A DNA stretch of 64,000 nt from Octopus sinensis (Eukaryota), in assembly GCF_006345805.1 (NCBI RefSeq), contig NC_042997.1, positions 206,026,001 to 206,090,000 of the forward strand, given 5' to 3'. The notes under the pieces are model-generated. The model was not told the origin of the DNA and did not search any database. It saw only the letters and a list, made by a program, of their open reading frames with translations. Both the position numbers and the translations under genes were made by a program. Below are positions 52,371 through 63,538 of this stretch, piece by piece; position 1 is the stretch's first letter; the number at the start of each line of letters is the position of its first letter.

Positions 52371-53029
52371 GTGCTACTGAGTGGCGGGTGCTACCAGTCC
52401 AAGATAAACTCTACAGGCACAGATGAGCCTGTCTGAGGTGCGGGCAGTGCGACAAAGCTGCTCTTCATTCACTTGTTCACTGTCCTTAGGCTAGTATAAT
52501 AAAATAAAAATATAGAAATTAATCACCTACACCTCATCTCCAGTCTCAGAAATCAGCCAGTCTATCTGATTCCAATTTTACACCCTCTACCCTGGACGCT
52601 GGCCATAAATATCATATTACACCATCTTACAAACTAAATTCTGTACGTAACCTTACAGCTTAATGCCCACAAAAACCAACTTTGCTGGTCTTTCTCCCAT
52701 TTCATCTTCAGTCTCAGCTGCCTTTCACCATGTTCCCACTGTCTTCCTGGGATATTCTTTTGTTTTTGAAATTATGTTTCATCTGATGATTACAGTTTTA
52801 GCAATGATATAATGCACACCTTTTACTATTTAAGATGCATAAGAAACAGGTGTTATAAGCTGACAATTACCCATCGTCTGTTATTAATCAATTGATTATA
52901 TATATTTATGCTTTGCATGTTCTGTCAAACCAACCTATACAAATATGGAACGCTGATGCTGAACGATGATGATTATGATGATGATATGCATATATAAACA
53001 TACATGCATAGATACTTGTTTCTTTTCAG

Positions 53030-53166
53030 GAAGCACATCGTCAAACACACCCTTTCCTGGCTCACAACAGGAACCATCCTCCATGACACCCAGAACTAAT
53101 GTGGCATCTGGAGAATATGGTCGCATCAATATAAAACCAATAAATGATTCAATTACTAATGCATAT
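53030..53166 (+). CDS. PARP14: PARP14-like exon: S/T/P-rich linker and start of macrodomain 2
   Basis: TTTCTTTTCAG acceptor, TAT|GTGAGT donor, 137 bp, phase 1-0. Encodes GSTSSNTPFPGSQQEPSSMTPRTNVASGEYGRINIKPINDSITNAY. Confidence 0.85.
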
Positions 53167-53430
53167 GTGAGTAAATAGATTCACTTAACATATTTATATT
53201 TAATTGTTATTTCATTTCGAGTTAATTAAAACATTTTCTCAAACTAACTCAAACATTTTATTTCCTTCACATCTGATATCTTGAGTATATCTTTTGTGAA
53301 CTTTAACAACCTCAAACTTACTACAGCCATTCTGTAGAGCCTTTCTTAACAACAATATCAACTGCAACAATGTATCTCTCTTCTCTCCACGGAATGTTCC
53401 TTAATTGTTTACCATTAATTACTTTTGCAG

Positions 53431-53658
53431 CTTGATGTCATCGTTAACAGCACCAATAAAATCCTCCAGCTTAATGATGGTTCTCTCTCCAAATCTATTC
53501 TCAATGCTGCTGGTCCAGAGATACAATATGAATGTAACCAGAAATATCCTCGAGGTATTTCTACATCTACAATAGCCATCACTAAAGGACATGACCTCAA
53601 ATGTAAGAATGTATTTCATCTGACATTACCTGAGTGGGATGAAAATTCCTCTGATTCA
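53431..53658 (+). CDS. PARP14: PARP14-like exon: macrodomain 2, first part
   Basis: TTTTGCAG acceptor, TCA|GTAAGT donor, 228 bp, phase 0-0. Encodes LDVIVNSTNKILQLNDGSLSKSILNAAGPEIQYEC...LKCKNVFHLTLPEWD. Confidence 0.93.
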
Positions 53659-53699
53659 GTAAGTATCAATCATATTATATTGATTTATTGAAAGAGTTG

Positions 53700-54100
53700 T
53701 TATACAACCCTAGGTTACCATTGATCCAGCATCCCTGTGGCATGAATGGAATTGTCCATAACACTATGCACAGTCCACAGATGTGTTTTTCCAGTCATAC
53801 AACACTTCCGTCTGCTTCAAGACAGAAGCATGTACTTTGGTGTCCACTGATGTACAGTTTGGGCTACAGTGTGACAGTCTGGACTTGTAGCGTTCCTTAC
53901 AGTTTCCAGATCATGAATTCTGGGAATGGCCACTGGAAAGACAGGCAACTGCCACCATTGAGGAAAACTTTGACCTTTTCCTCCACATGGTGATGGACGA
54001 TAGGCAACTGATTACGAATCAAATAGCCAATGCTAGGAGCATATTCCATGAGACAGTTTTGTCCTCACCAACCATTCTAATTGTTCCTAATGCTTGCTAA
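53700..54100 (+). mobile_element. mariner 5' fragment
   Basis: Remnant (SG)RPATATIEENFDLFLHMVMDDRQLITNQIA of the mariner helix-turn-helix region. Confidence 0.6.
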
Positions 54101-54722
54101 CATCCAGTTCGAAATTGATTGATATACATTGTATTGTAGATATTCCTTGAACAAACTATTACATTAAAATACAGTCTCTTGTGCGCAGTGTAAAGGCTGT
54201 TGTATCCCAAACACTGCATCCCAGGCGGTTCACTGTGTTGTCCTACCTTGTGGGCTGTTTTGCTGCATTTTACAATATGTTCTCACTCAGATTTCCCTCT
54301 TGTAAAGAATCATTAATCTCTCTTATTCCCTGTTGTTGTTTCCATTAATTACAAGAGCCTACTTCAATTACACTGTGTATCCACCTAATCTTACAACATT
54401 TCTCTTTCCATTCATGGCATCCATATGTTCATTTAGACAGGCTTCCTTCTATCACATGATCTATGTTGATCCTTCTGTCACATGATCTATGTTAATCCAA
54501 TGATCACATCGTCTATTAATCTAGTAATCACTTGATGTTGTTTAAATGTTATTCTAATCTGTAAATCATAAACCATTTCTGTTTGCAACAACTAAACATG
54601 TTGGATATTTCTTAATCAAAGAATATATTTATTACAACTTAATGGTTTCTCCCTGTAAGAAGAATTTGGAAATAGTTCCATAAAATGTTCATTATCAATT
54701 ACTAAACGATTATTTTTTTTAG

Positions 54723-54950
54723 ATTCTGGCAAACTTGACTCAAATAATAACCACTTGTCTGGAAAATGCTGAGGAATTGGGAGCCAAAAGTCTTGCATTT
54801 CCTATATTAGGGGCTGGGGCATTGAATTACCCCATTGAAAATCTACCCGAAACAATGTATGAAGCAGTGAAAAGCTACTCAAACCAAAATCCAAGCCAGA
54901 TCAAAGATGTTTACTTTGTGTTTAAACCTGAAGACACAGAAATAGTAAAG
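54723..54950 (+). CDS. PARP14: PARP14-like exon: macrodomain 2, second part
   Basis: T-rich tract then AG acceptor at 54721-54722, AAG|GTTGGT donor, 228 bp, phase 0-0. Encodes ILANLTQIITTCLENAEELGAKSLAFPILGAGALNYP...IKDVYFVFKPEDTEIVK. Confidence 0.92.
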
Positions 54951-55929
54951 GTTGGTTGATGTATTTGTTGTTTGTTGTTTGATGTTGATATTCTTGGAAT
55001 TTACTAAAAACCAATATTCCTCAATAAGGAAAAGAAATAGAAATGACCCCATAATAATTTACTGCTCTTGTTCCATACTTTAATGGGTGCAACATTTTGA
55101 CTGGCTCCAATGAGCCACAAGGGTTTATTGAACCCCAGTGTCTGCTTTGGCATGGTTTCTATGGCTGGATGCCATTCCTAGTGCCAACCACTTCACAGCA
55201 TGTCCTGGGTACCTTTCTTCATGCTACCTTTAATGCTGTTCATTATATCTTGTTGTGCTTTATCCTTTCATTATACCATTTCCCATCACCAAATTCTTGC
55301 TTCTGAAATATTCCATTGTAACATTTGAAGCTAAGAATGTTTTGCTTGTTGTTGTTGTTGTATTTATTGTTGGACCCTGAGTCAGTTCTGATTCTGCAGG
55401 CTGAAGGTCAAAGATGCTTGTATGTCTTTCTTCTCTTCTTTCCTTTCCATTCCTCCTCCTTCTTGTCTTCTTCCAAATTGCCACAACCAAGATATATATC
55501 ACAATGCCACATCAATAATCTCTACCCTGATTCCCCTTTTCTTCCATTTCTTGTTCTGCGACTCTTTAAAACATCTTGTAAATTTACTGTCAAGGAGAAT
55601 TTGAAGCTCTTCACCCTGAAGAAGGCCAACCTTGTCCACTTTGAAATATTCAATTTGCAGTTGTTCTGAAGTTTGTTTCTGATATTTGTTATTGATCTTC
55701 TCTAATTAAGAAGCTGTGTCCCTTAATTTGCTGCTTTTGTATACACACGCTAAGAAGAAATCTTGCAGAACACATGTTATTTTAATAAGATGTGTCCTGT
55801 AATCCCCTGAGGAGACACATCTACACCAACAGATACACCTAAACCAGACTTTCAGTACCCAACAGGTGATGGATCAATAGACTTTCCCCTTATTCCAACT
55901 TCTGTCACACATACATACATATGTATATA

Positions 55930-56805
55930 CATAGCCTGATTAATAAGTATCTGGACTGTTGCCATAGTAACGAAGCTAAAGCATGCAGAGTGAAACTGTT
56001 TGGCAAAGATTGACCTTGAACTCTGATGTGTATGTGCACTAAGTTTTAATGTTCTAGCTCACTTCCACTGATTATAGCAGTGCTTGGAAGAAACATGTGT
56101 AGTGTGTGATTGTTACATTGACCAATTACTGAGAAAGTTGAGCAGAGAATCTGCATAAAACTTTGCCAAAAGCCTGCTGATACCTGTTCAGAGGCCACTG
56201 CAAAATTTTCAAAAAGTTTACATCGTTCTTGACACAATCAATGAGAATTTGTGCAACTGAAATCCGAGTGTCCTTTTGGTCAGCTGAAAGCAGTTTTAGC
56301 ACAAACTTGGCAGCCATGCCTCTCATACCCAAATTTTTAGTGATAATAGACTGAACTGGATTGTAACTAATCTACACATTTTCTGATTATGCGCAGATGG
56401 TGATTCAACGATTTCCCCTCATAGCTACATGGACATCTGCGCTGTTTTTCTCAGTTCTGCTGGCTGTGGGTCTCCCAAAACGTGCATCATTATCAACATT
56501 TTTGCTGCCATACTGGAATCATCTGAACCACTCGAATACTTCTCTTCATACACTTTCTGCAACTTTGTGTAGGCCTCTGAACATGTATCGCCATGACAAC
56601 TTTCTCTGTCATGGTCAATGCAATGATCGCACACTACAAATGCTCCTTCCAAGCACTGCTGTAAACATCAGAAGTGAGCTAGTATGTTAAAACTTTGTGC
56701 ACATGCATGGTAGAGTTCAAGGTCAACTTTTGTTAAGCAGCTTCATTCTGCATGCTTTAGCTTCGTTACTATGTCAACTGTCTGGATACTTACTTATCAG
56801 ACTTC

Positions 56806-56806
<1 letters not shown>
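55930..56806. mobile_element. mariner derivative made of two opposed 5' ends
   Basis: TA-flanked ends CATAGCCTGATTAATAAGTATCTGGAC / GTCTGGATACTTACTTATCAGACTTCG. Inverted similarity runs ~280 bp, into the transposase N-terminus (EQRICIK...DTCSEA on both strands). Confidence 0.8.
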
Positions 56807-56854
<48 letters not shown>

Positions 56855-56863
56855 GAGAGAGAG

Positions 56864-57787
56864 GAAAAGAAAAGGAAATTGCACATTGGATATAAAAGAA
56901 TAAAGGCCTTTCTATGAAAAGTAACGACAAATATATACAATTACATGAACTGAGGTAGAATTAAGAGGTATAAAAGCAATTATTTTGAATTGTTAAAGAT
57001 ATTCAAAGTCATACCGGTATCATCAAAAGCTGTTCACTGGCTTTGAATGAGCACCGATTTCCAAATGGTGTCCGGTCAAGTAGTCCCTTAGTAAAAAGAT
57101 TATATGTCAGGGAGGTAAGCAGTTCTGGCAGTGGTGCAATTAGGGTAGATACAATACTATAATATGAATGGTGTATGGGATGTATAGGAGTTAGCAGTAT
57201 TATTGGTAAGGTTAATAGTGTCCTGTATTATGTTATGTGTTCATGTTGAGTTGTAGATGATATTTATTAATGAAAGATGCCTCTTTATTCATTCTTTACT
57301 GTACTGAGGTGTTCTGTGAACAGTGATAGAAAGGGAAAATTAGGAAGTTCGGTTTAAGGTTCCTAGCACATCTTTCTATGTGCTCACTGACCTGTATCTG
57401 TCTGTATGGTGGGTAGTAGATTTGCTCTTTGTGAAGAGTTGTTCTTCGTCAGAGTGACATAACTGTTTGGCTAATGTATTGATAAGCAGATAATGGCATG
57501 GATTAGGTTTTCGGAGGCACAAGGGATATTTTATTTTATCTTAAATATTTCACCTTGTTTAAAGTGGAACTTTGTACCTAACACTGTTTGGAAATCAGTG
57601 CTCATTCAAAGCCAGTGAACAGCTTTTGATAATACCGGTATGACTTTGAATCTCTTTAATAATTCAAAATAATTACTTTTATACCTCTTAATTCTACCTC
57701 AGTTCATGTAATTGTATATATTTATCGTTACTTTTCATAAAATAGCCTTTATTCTTTATATCCAATGTACATTTTCTCTTTTTTCTT
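56864..57787 (-). mobile_element. PLE fragment (GIY-YIG C-terminal half) between ~205-bp inverted repeats
   Basis: Arms at ~56864-57070 and ~57583-57787. The spacer on the minus strand reads SENLIHAIIC...YISQT...HKEQIYYPPYRQIQVSEHIERCA...FLIFPFY...KEASFINKY..LN. Confidence 0.78.
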
Positions 57788-59518
57788 TTTACTTTTTCTC
57801 TCTTTATACCATGTATAGTCTCTTTTGTCTTTGAAACCTATTTCTATTATGTATATATACTCACAGAGATACCCGACATTGCCTGTGTTACATGCAATTG
57901 AAGAATTAGACTTCTCTGTTATATTTTCTCTAATGAACTGGGATATCTATGTTTCGAATTTCATCAAAATTGCAAATGAGAGTTATTTCCCTCTTTACAC
58001 CCCCCAAAAATTGTAATCGTGCTACATGTATCCCATACTACTGATTTTTATGTGCATATTCCAAAATTCCAGTCTTATTGAACCTGTCAAAAAGATTTTG
58101 CTCCTGAAAAATAAAGGTCATGGAGCTCTAAAATGTGAGAGTTAAGGCCTCTGTTGGGGGTGGGCATCTTAATGTCAACCAGAGAAGTTGAATTGTTGAG
58201 AATCTTTTTAACTTGGGTCTTATATCTATTGTGTGAATTTCTTTGAAATAGGAAATATATGTTCACTGGGTTTGTAAAAGAGAGCAAAGCTACAGGAAAC
58301 CAAAAGACGAATGATCACAATAAGCAGTCAGTTACCCTACCCTACTCGTTACCACTCCCAATGTAGGATTCCTCACCATCCAGGTGACAGGCACAGCTGT
58401 AAGATGCATTACGAATCTATAGCAATTGGAAGGGCGTAACCCAACTGAAATAAACATTAACAACTGTGTGACGTGAGGGCTAAAGGGAAATGAAAGTTGG
58501 AGTTTGCAAATGACCACTATACTGATACGTAACTGGACAGAATAAATTTACAATCTATAAATGTCTTTGAATAACCAGTCACTCATCTGGGAAGGCCTTG
58601 AAATCAATGTTACCATCTAGGGACTATGTGTGACCGAGTGATAATAAAAAGACTGAAAGGAGATCTGCAATCAAATAACTTTACTCAACACTTTATAACC
58701 GAATCAGTGGAGGCAAAGATGCCTCTCATTTACTTGATAATTTATGCACCACATTGCAGAAATCACAATGTAAGTGTATGTCAAAGCAAACTGTTACACT
58801 GTTGTACCATTGAATTACAAATAATGCCCATCTTTTATGCTCGGGTATCCCTACAGCTTCCAAGAGTACGACTGTATTCGTCTTTGGTTGGATAAAATTA
58901 CAAAATTGTGGGTTTTAAATCATCATGGAGGGGTCTTTCTAACTTGTGAGATGAAATTTCATAAATATTACTTCATTTGTGTCTAATATCTATGGTTAAA
59001 ATTTCATCAATAGCAAAAATATATGAATTGTCATGGGGTCTATGGCCCTTATGTAGAGAATATAATTTCCAAATTTCATAAAGATCCATTCAGTACTTTT
59101 GACTTAGTTTTGGATCATAAAATAAATGACTAAAATTTGGGAGTTAAGGCTCTCATTAGGGTGTTATATATATATATATATATATAGAAGAAATGAGGTA
59201 ATCAGAAGATCGGATGGTTTATATTTACAGATATTTATTTATATATTACATTTTATATATATATATATCATATCATTCAGATCATTAGCGCTATCTCCCA
59301 TTCTAGTGGGGTTTTCATATATATATATATGTAGATAGATAGATAGCTAGATAGCTAGCTAGCTAGATAGATATACACACACACATACAAAGATAAATTG
59401 ATAGATACATCTGGGTGAGCAAACAAAAATATGAGACACAGCCTAGTGTTTTTAAGCCTGGTACTTATTCTATTAGTTTGTTTGTGTGAAACCAGTAAGT
59501 TATGAGGATGTAAATAAA

Positions 59519-62033
59519 TGACAGGTGCTGCAAATGTAGCGAAAATTTTGCCTGGCTGGTCGTAATGTTGTAGTTTCTTGTTGACGTCTTTTCTTGTCTT
59601 TCCATTTCTCCTTTCTCTCTCTCTCTCTCTCTCTGTCACTCCTTTGTGTTCCCTCTTTTACAGTACGATGCCAATCTCCACGGTTGCTGGCAACTGCTTC
59701 CCAGTTTCTAATGTTGATGTTGCAGGCATTCATGTCCCTTTTGCAAGCATCCCTGTATAAGAACGGTCTTCCCACAGACCTAGTGCCCCTAGCAAGCTCT
59801 CTGCTGAGTATGTCCTTGGGGATTCTGCCATCTTCCATACGGCTAACATGTCCAAGCCATGTCATACATCTTTGTGTGAGGAGTGCAAACATGCTTGGTA
59901 TTCCTGCTTGCTTGAGGACATGATTCTGCCATTTGATGCCAAGGATTTTCCGGAGGCAGCGCAGGTGAAAGATATTTAGGCGACGCTCTTGGCATGTGTA
60001 TGTCGTCCAAGTCTCACTTCCATACAGTTGAGTGCTAAGTACACATGCCTGGTAAATCTTCATTTTTGTGGTCTTGGTCAGCTTATTGTTGTCCCATTGC
60101 CCGTTTGGAGAGTTGGGCCATCACAGCAGCTGCCTTACCAATGCGTATATTGAGCTCAGCGTCAAGGGATAGGTTGTAGGTGAATGTAGAGCCAAGATAG
60201 GTAAACTTCTCCACCTCCTGTAATCTGTGGTCACCAATATGTATGTTTGGGATGTCCGATGAAGCCTGACCCATGATGTTGGTCTTCTTAAGGCTGATAG
60301 CTAAGCCAAAGTCGTTACATGCTTGCTCAAAACAGTTGATGAGCCTTTGTAGGGCTTCTTCTATGTGTGATACCAGAGCAGCATGATCAGCAAATAGCAC
60401 CTCCTTGATGAGGACACTTCTGATTTTGGTCTTGGCATGCAGATGTGAGAGATTGAACAGTTTCCCGACACTTCTTCTGTGCAGAAACACTCCATGGTCT
60501 GATGTCTCAAAGGTATGTGACAGCAGCAGCGAGAAGATGCCAAATAATGTAGGAGCAAGGACACAACCTTGCTTTACCCCATTTTTTATTTGGAAGGTGG
60601 CTGATGTTGAACTATTGTGCTGTATGGTGCCTTGCATATCATCATGGAAAGATTTGTTGATCCTCAGCAGTTTTGGTGGACATCCAATTTTTTGGAGCAG
60701 GGTGAAGAGGCCTGTTCTACTTACCGAGTCAAAGGCCTTTGTCAGATCAATGAAGGCCATATATAATGGCATTTTCTGCTCTCTGGACTTCTCCTGAAGT
60801 TGGCGTATGGAGGATATCATGTCAATAGTTGATCTGCTTCTTCTAAAGCCAAAATGTGATTCTGGATAAATTCACGAAGCAAGCAGTTGTAGCCTGGACA
60901 GGATAATGCGAGCAAAGGTCTTTCCAACAGTGCTTAGAAGAGATATTCTACGGTAATTGTTACAATCACCACGGTCACCTTTGTTTTTGTAAAGTGTAAT
61001 GATGTTAGCATCCCACATATCCTGAGGGACTGTACCTTCTTCCCAGCACTGACACAGAAGCTCATGAAGGTGCTGAAGTAGGATGGTGTTTTTGCCAGAT
61101 TTGATGATTTGTAAGGGGATGCCGTCTTTTCCCAGAGCCTTGTTACTTGCTAGTTACTTGCTAATAGCCTTGGTGAGCTCTGCTATAGATGGCAGACTGT
61201 CAAGTTCGCACATGACTGGCAAGATCTTGACACCCTCGATTGCTGCCTCAGCTACCGTGGTCTCCCATGAGTAGAGATCCTGGTAGTACTCCACCCATCT
61301 ATCCATTTGCTTGCTTTGGTCCTTCATGAGATCTCCAGTAGTTGATTTCAGAGGGGCTGACTTGGTTGCGGATGGGCCGAGGGCCTTCTTCAAACTGGCA
61401 TACATCCCACGGGTGTCGCCACTGTCAGCACCTGACTGGATACTCTGACAGATTTCCTGCCAATACCTATTTACACAGCGTCTGGCAGTCAGTTAGGTTT
61501 TATTTCTTGCCTTTCTGAGTTCTTCGAATGACTTTGTAGAAGAATCACTCTTGTATTGCATCAGAGCTGCATGCTTTGCTTCGATAACTATTTCCAGCTT
61601 TGAGAGCCCAGCACTGAACCAAACTGGGTTCTGCCTTTCTCTCATGCCGAAAGTATCTATTGATGTGGTATACAAAGCTTCCCTGATATAATTCCACCTA
61701 CTTTCAGCAGAGGAGGTTGGGCAGCTACTGAGGGCAACCTTGATAGAAGCAGCAAAACATTTTCGCAGTGTAGGGTCCGAGGTTCTGGCAGTGTTAATGC
61801 GTGGTCGGCCCATTTTCTTGAAGTGATGGACTTTTTTAGGTAGAATCCTCATCCTGCTTCTTATTAGTGAATGATCTATGTCAATCTGAACTATGGTAAC
61901 TATGGGTCAGTTGAACAGAATTCAGAAAGGATCTTCATGTAATGATGAGATCCAGCTGATGCATTGGTGAGAACTTGGATGTCTCCAAGATGCCTTGTGG
62001 GATGTCTTGTTGGTGAAGAATGTGTTGGTGAAG
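59519..62033 (-). mobile_element. RTE LINE of a second (BovB/RTE-1-like) family, 5'-truncated
   Basis: FIDLTKAFDSVSR, GVKQGCVLAPTLF, LFADHAAL, FTYLGS, YGSETWTTY and WLGHVSRMEDGRIPKDIL, in broken frames 59500-61852. Confidence 0.92.
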
Positions 62034-62385
62034 AATATGAGACACTGCCTAGTGCTTTTTATATTTTGATAAGCCTGGTGCTTATTCTATCAGTTTCTTC
62101 TTGTGAATCCAGTACGTTATGGGGATGTAAATAAACGAACACCAGTTATGAAGCAGTGATGAGGGAGAACACAAAGACACACACATAGACTTACATATAT
62201 ACATACATATATATACATGCAATTGATTTCTTTCAGTTTCTGTCTACAAAATGCACTTACACGGCTTTGGTTGGTCTGAAGCTATAGCAGAAGACACATG
62301 CCAAGTTACCACACAGTGGGTCTGAACTGAGGACTATGTGTTTTGGAACGAAGTTTGTTACCACACGGCCACACCTGCACCTATG
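62034..62385 (-). mobile_element. tRNA-derived SINE
   Basis: Minus-strand head GGTGCAGGTGTGGCCGTGTGGTAAC...GTTCAGACCCACTG...TTGGCATGTGTCTTC; internal (TA/CA)n; 3' body ATAAGCACCAGGC. Confidence 0.8.
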
Positions 62386-62620
62386 TATGTGTGTGTGTGG
62401 GGGGGTATGTGTGTATGAGTGTATATATGTTTGCATGTATATATGTGTACATATTACATGTACATCTATATATATATATACATCTAGACATACATGTATA
62501 CATATACATCTATATATATATACATTGTGTATATACCTGTATATATATATATATATAAGTAAATATATATATATAAGTAAATAAATGGAGTTGAATGCAG
62601 ATGTTTTTCAAATTCTTTTA

Positions 62621-62702
62621 CTTTCGACATATGTTTCAAAGACAACATTCGTTTATTCCAGAGGAATAAACGGTGTAAAATACAATATTCTCATCAGGAA
62701 AG
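62621..62702 (-). ncRNA. Type I hammerhead ribozyme (candidate), GUC cleavage triplet
   Basis: Minus strand: CUUUC-CUGAUGA-[53-nt stem II containing the hairpin CGUUUAUUCC/GGAAUAAACG]-GAAAC-AUAU-GUC-GAAAG. Stem I is 5 bp and stem III is the palindrome ACAUAUGU. Confidence 0.8.
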
Positions 62703-63407
62703 AAAGAACCTTTCTCAACAGCAAGACATTATAACAATTTTGATGACTGCATGAATGATAAACAGAACACTATTAAGTATTTAAAAAAACCATTAGTAGA
62801 TTCAACTTTAAAGGCAAACACTAGGAAGAGAAGGGGTAAAGAAATAATAAGTAGAGAACAAATAAAGAGGGATATATTGGTTGAAAAAATGTTCAAAGGC
62901 TTGGAAGTGGATTTCTCTATTGAAGTAAAGTGCAAGTTAAACTAACTGTTCAAACTATAAAGACATGTAAAATCGACTTATATGAGCTAAAGGTATGTTT
63001 CTGCCAGTGCTTACATTTGTAAGATCACTCTATAAGTGTGTTAAGAAGGTGATTCTTAGAGAAGAGAATATGGAAGAGTTCAGAGTTGCAAATGTTACAA
63101 TATCCTTTGCCTTTATCATAAGGAAAAGCTATGGACATGATGAACCAATCCAACTAAAAATCCTTATTGTTGTCTTTAATATATCAAACCAATTTACTTA
63201 GCCCTGTGCTATGACTTTTACTGCTATCTCTAAATGAAGAATAATGATTGGAAATTCTCTTAGATTACTGGGAAGAGTATGCGCTAATGTAGAAGTAGAC
63301 ATCGGTACCACAAGAAATTTTACATTGGTATATAGAATTCTTGATCTTAGAATTATTAGACAAATTCTGTTGGGGTTGTCCTCACAGACAAAAACCATGT
63401 TTTTATT

Positions 63408-63409
63408 GC

Positions 63410-63453
<44 letters not shown>

Positions 63454-63538
63454 ATTATTATTATTAATTATTATTATTATTATTAATTATTATTATTATT
63501 ATTATTATTGATTAATATTATTATTATTATTATTATTA
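63408..63538. repeat. (ATT)n microsatellite inside the PLE
   Basis: Read directly from the sequence. Confidence 0.97.

Noticed and set aside
55610-55660. CTGAAGAAGG...GAAATATTC as a hammerhead
   Set aside because: Neither stem I nor stem III can be formed.
57858-59130. Possible Helentron/DINE-like non-autonomous element (CAGAGATACCCGACATTGCCTG start, repeated AATTTCAT motifs)
   Set aside because: No matching subterminal repeat or 3' end could be defined by eye.
62690-62945. + strand ORF 62751-62945 as the next PARP exon
   Set aside because: The phase-0 frame after the nearby CAG hits a stop, there is no macro/WWE/PARP motif, and the region is the antisense of the PLE 3' end.
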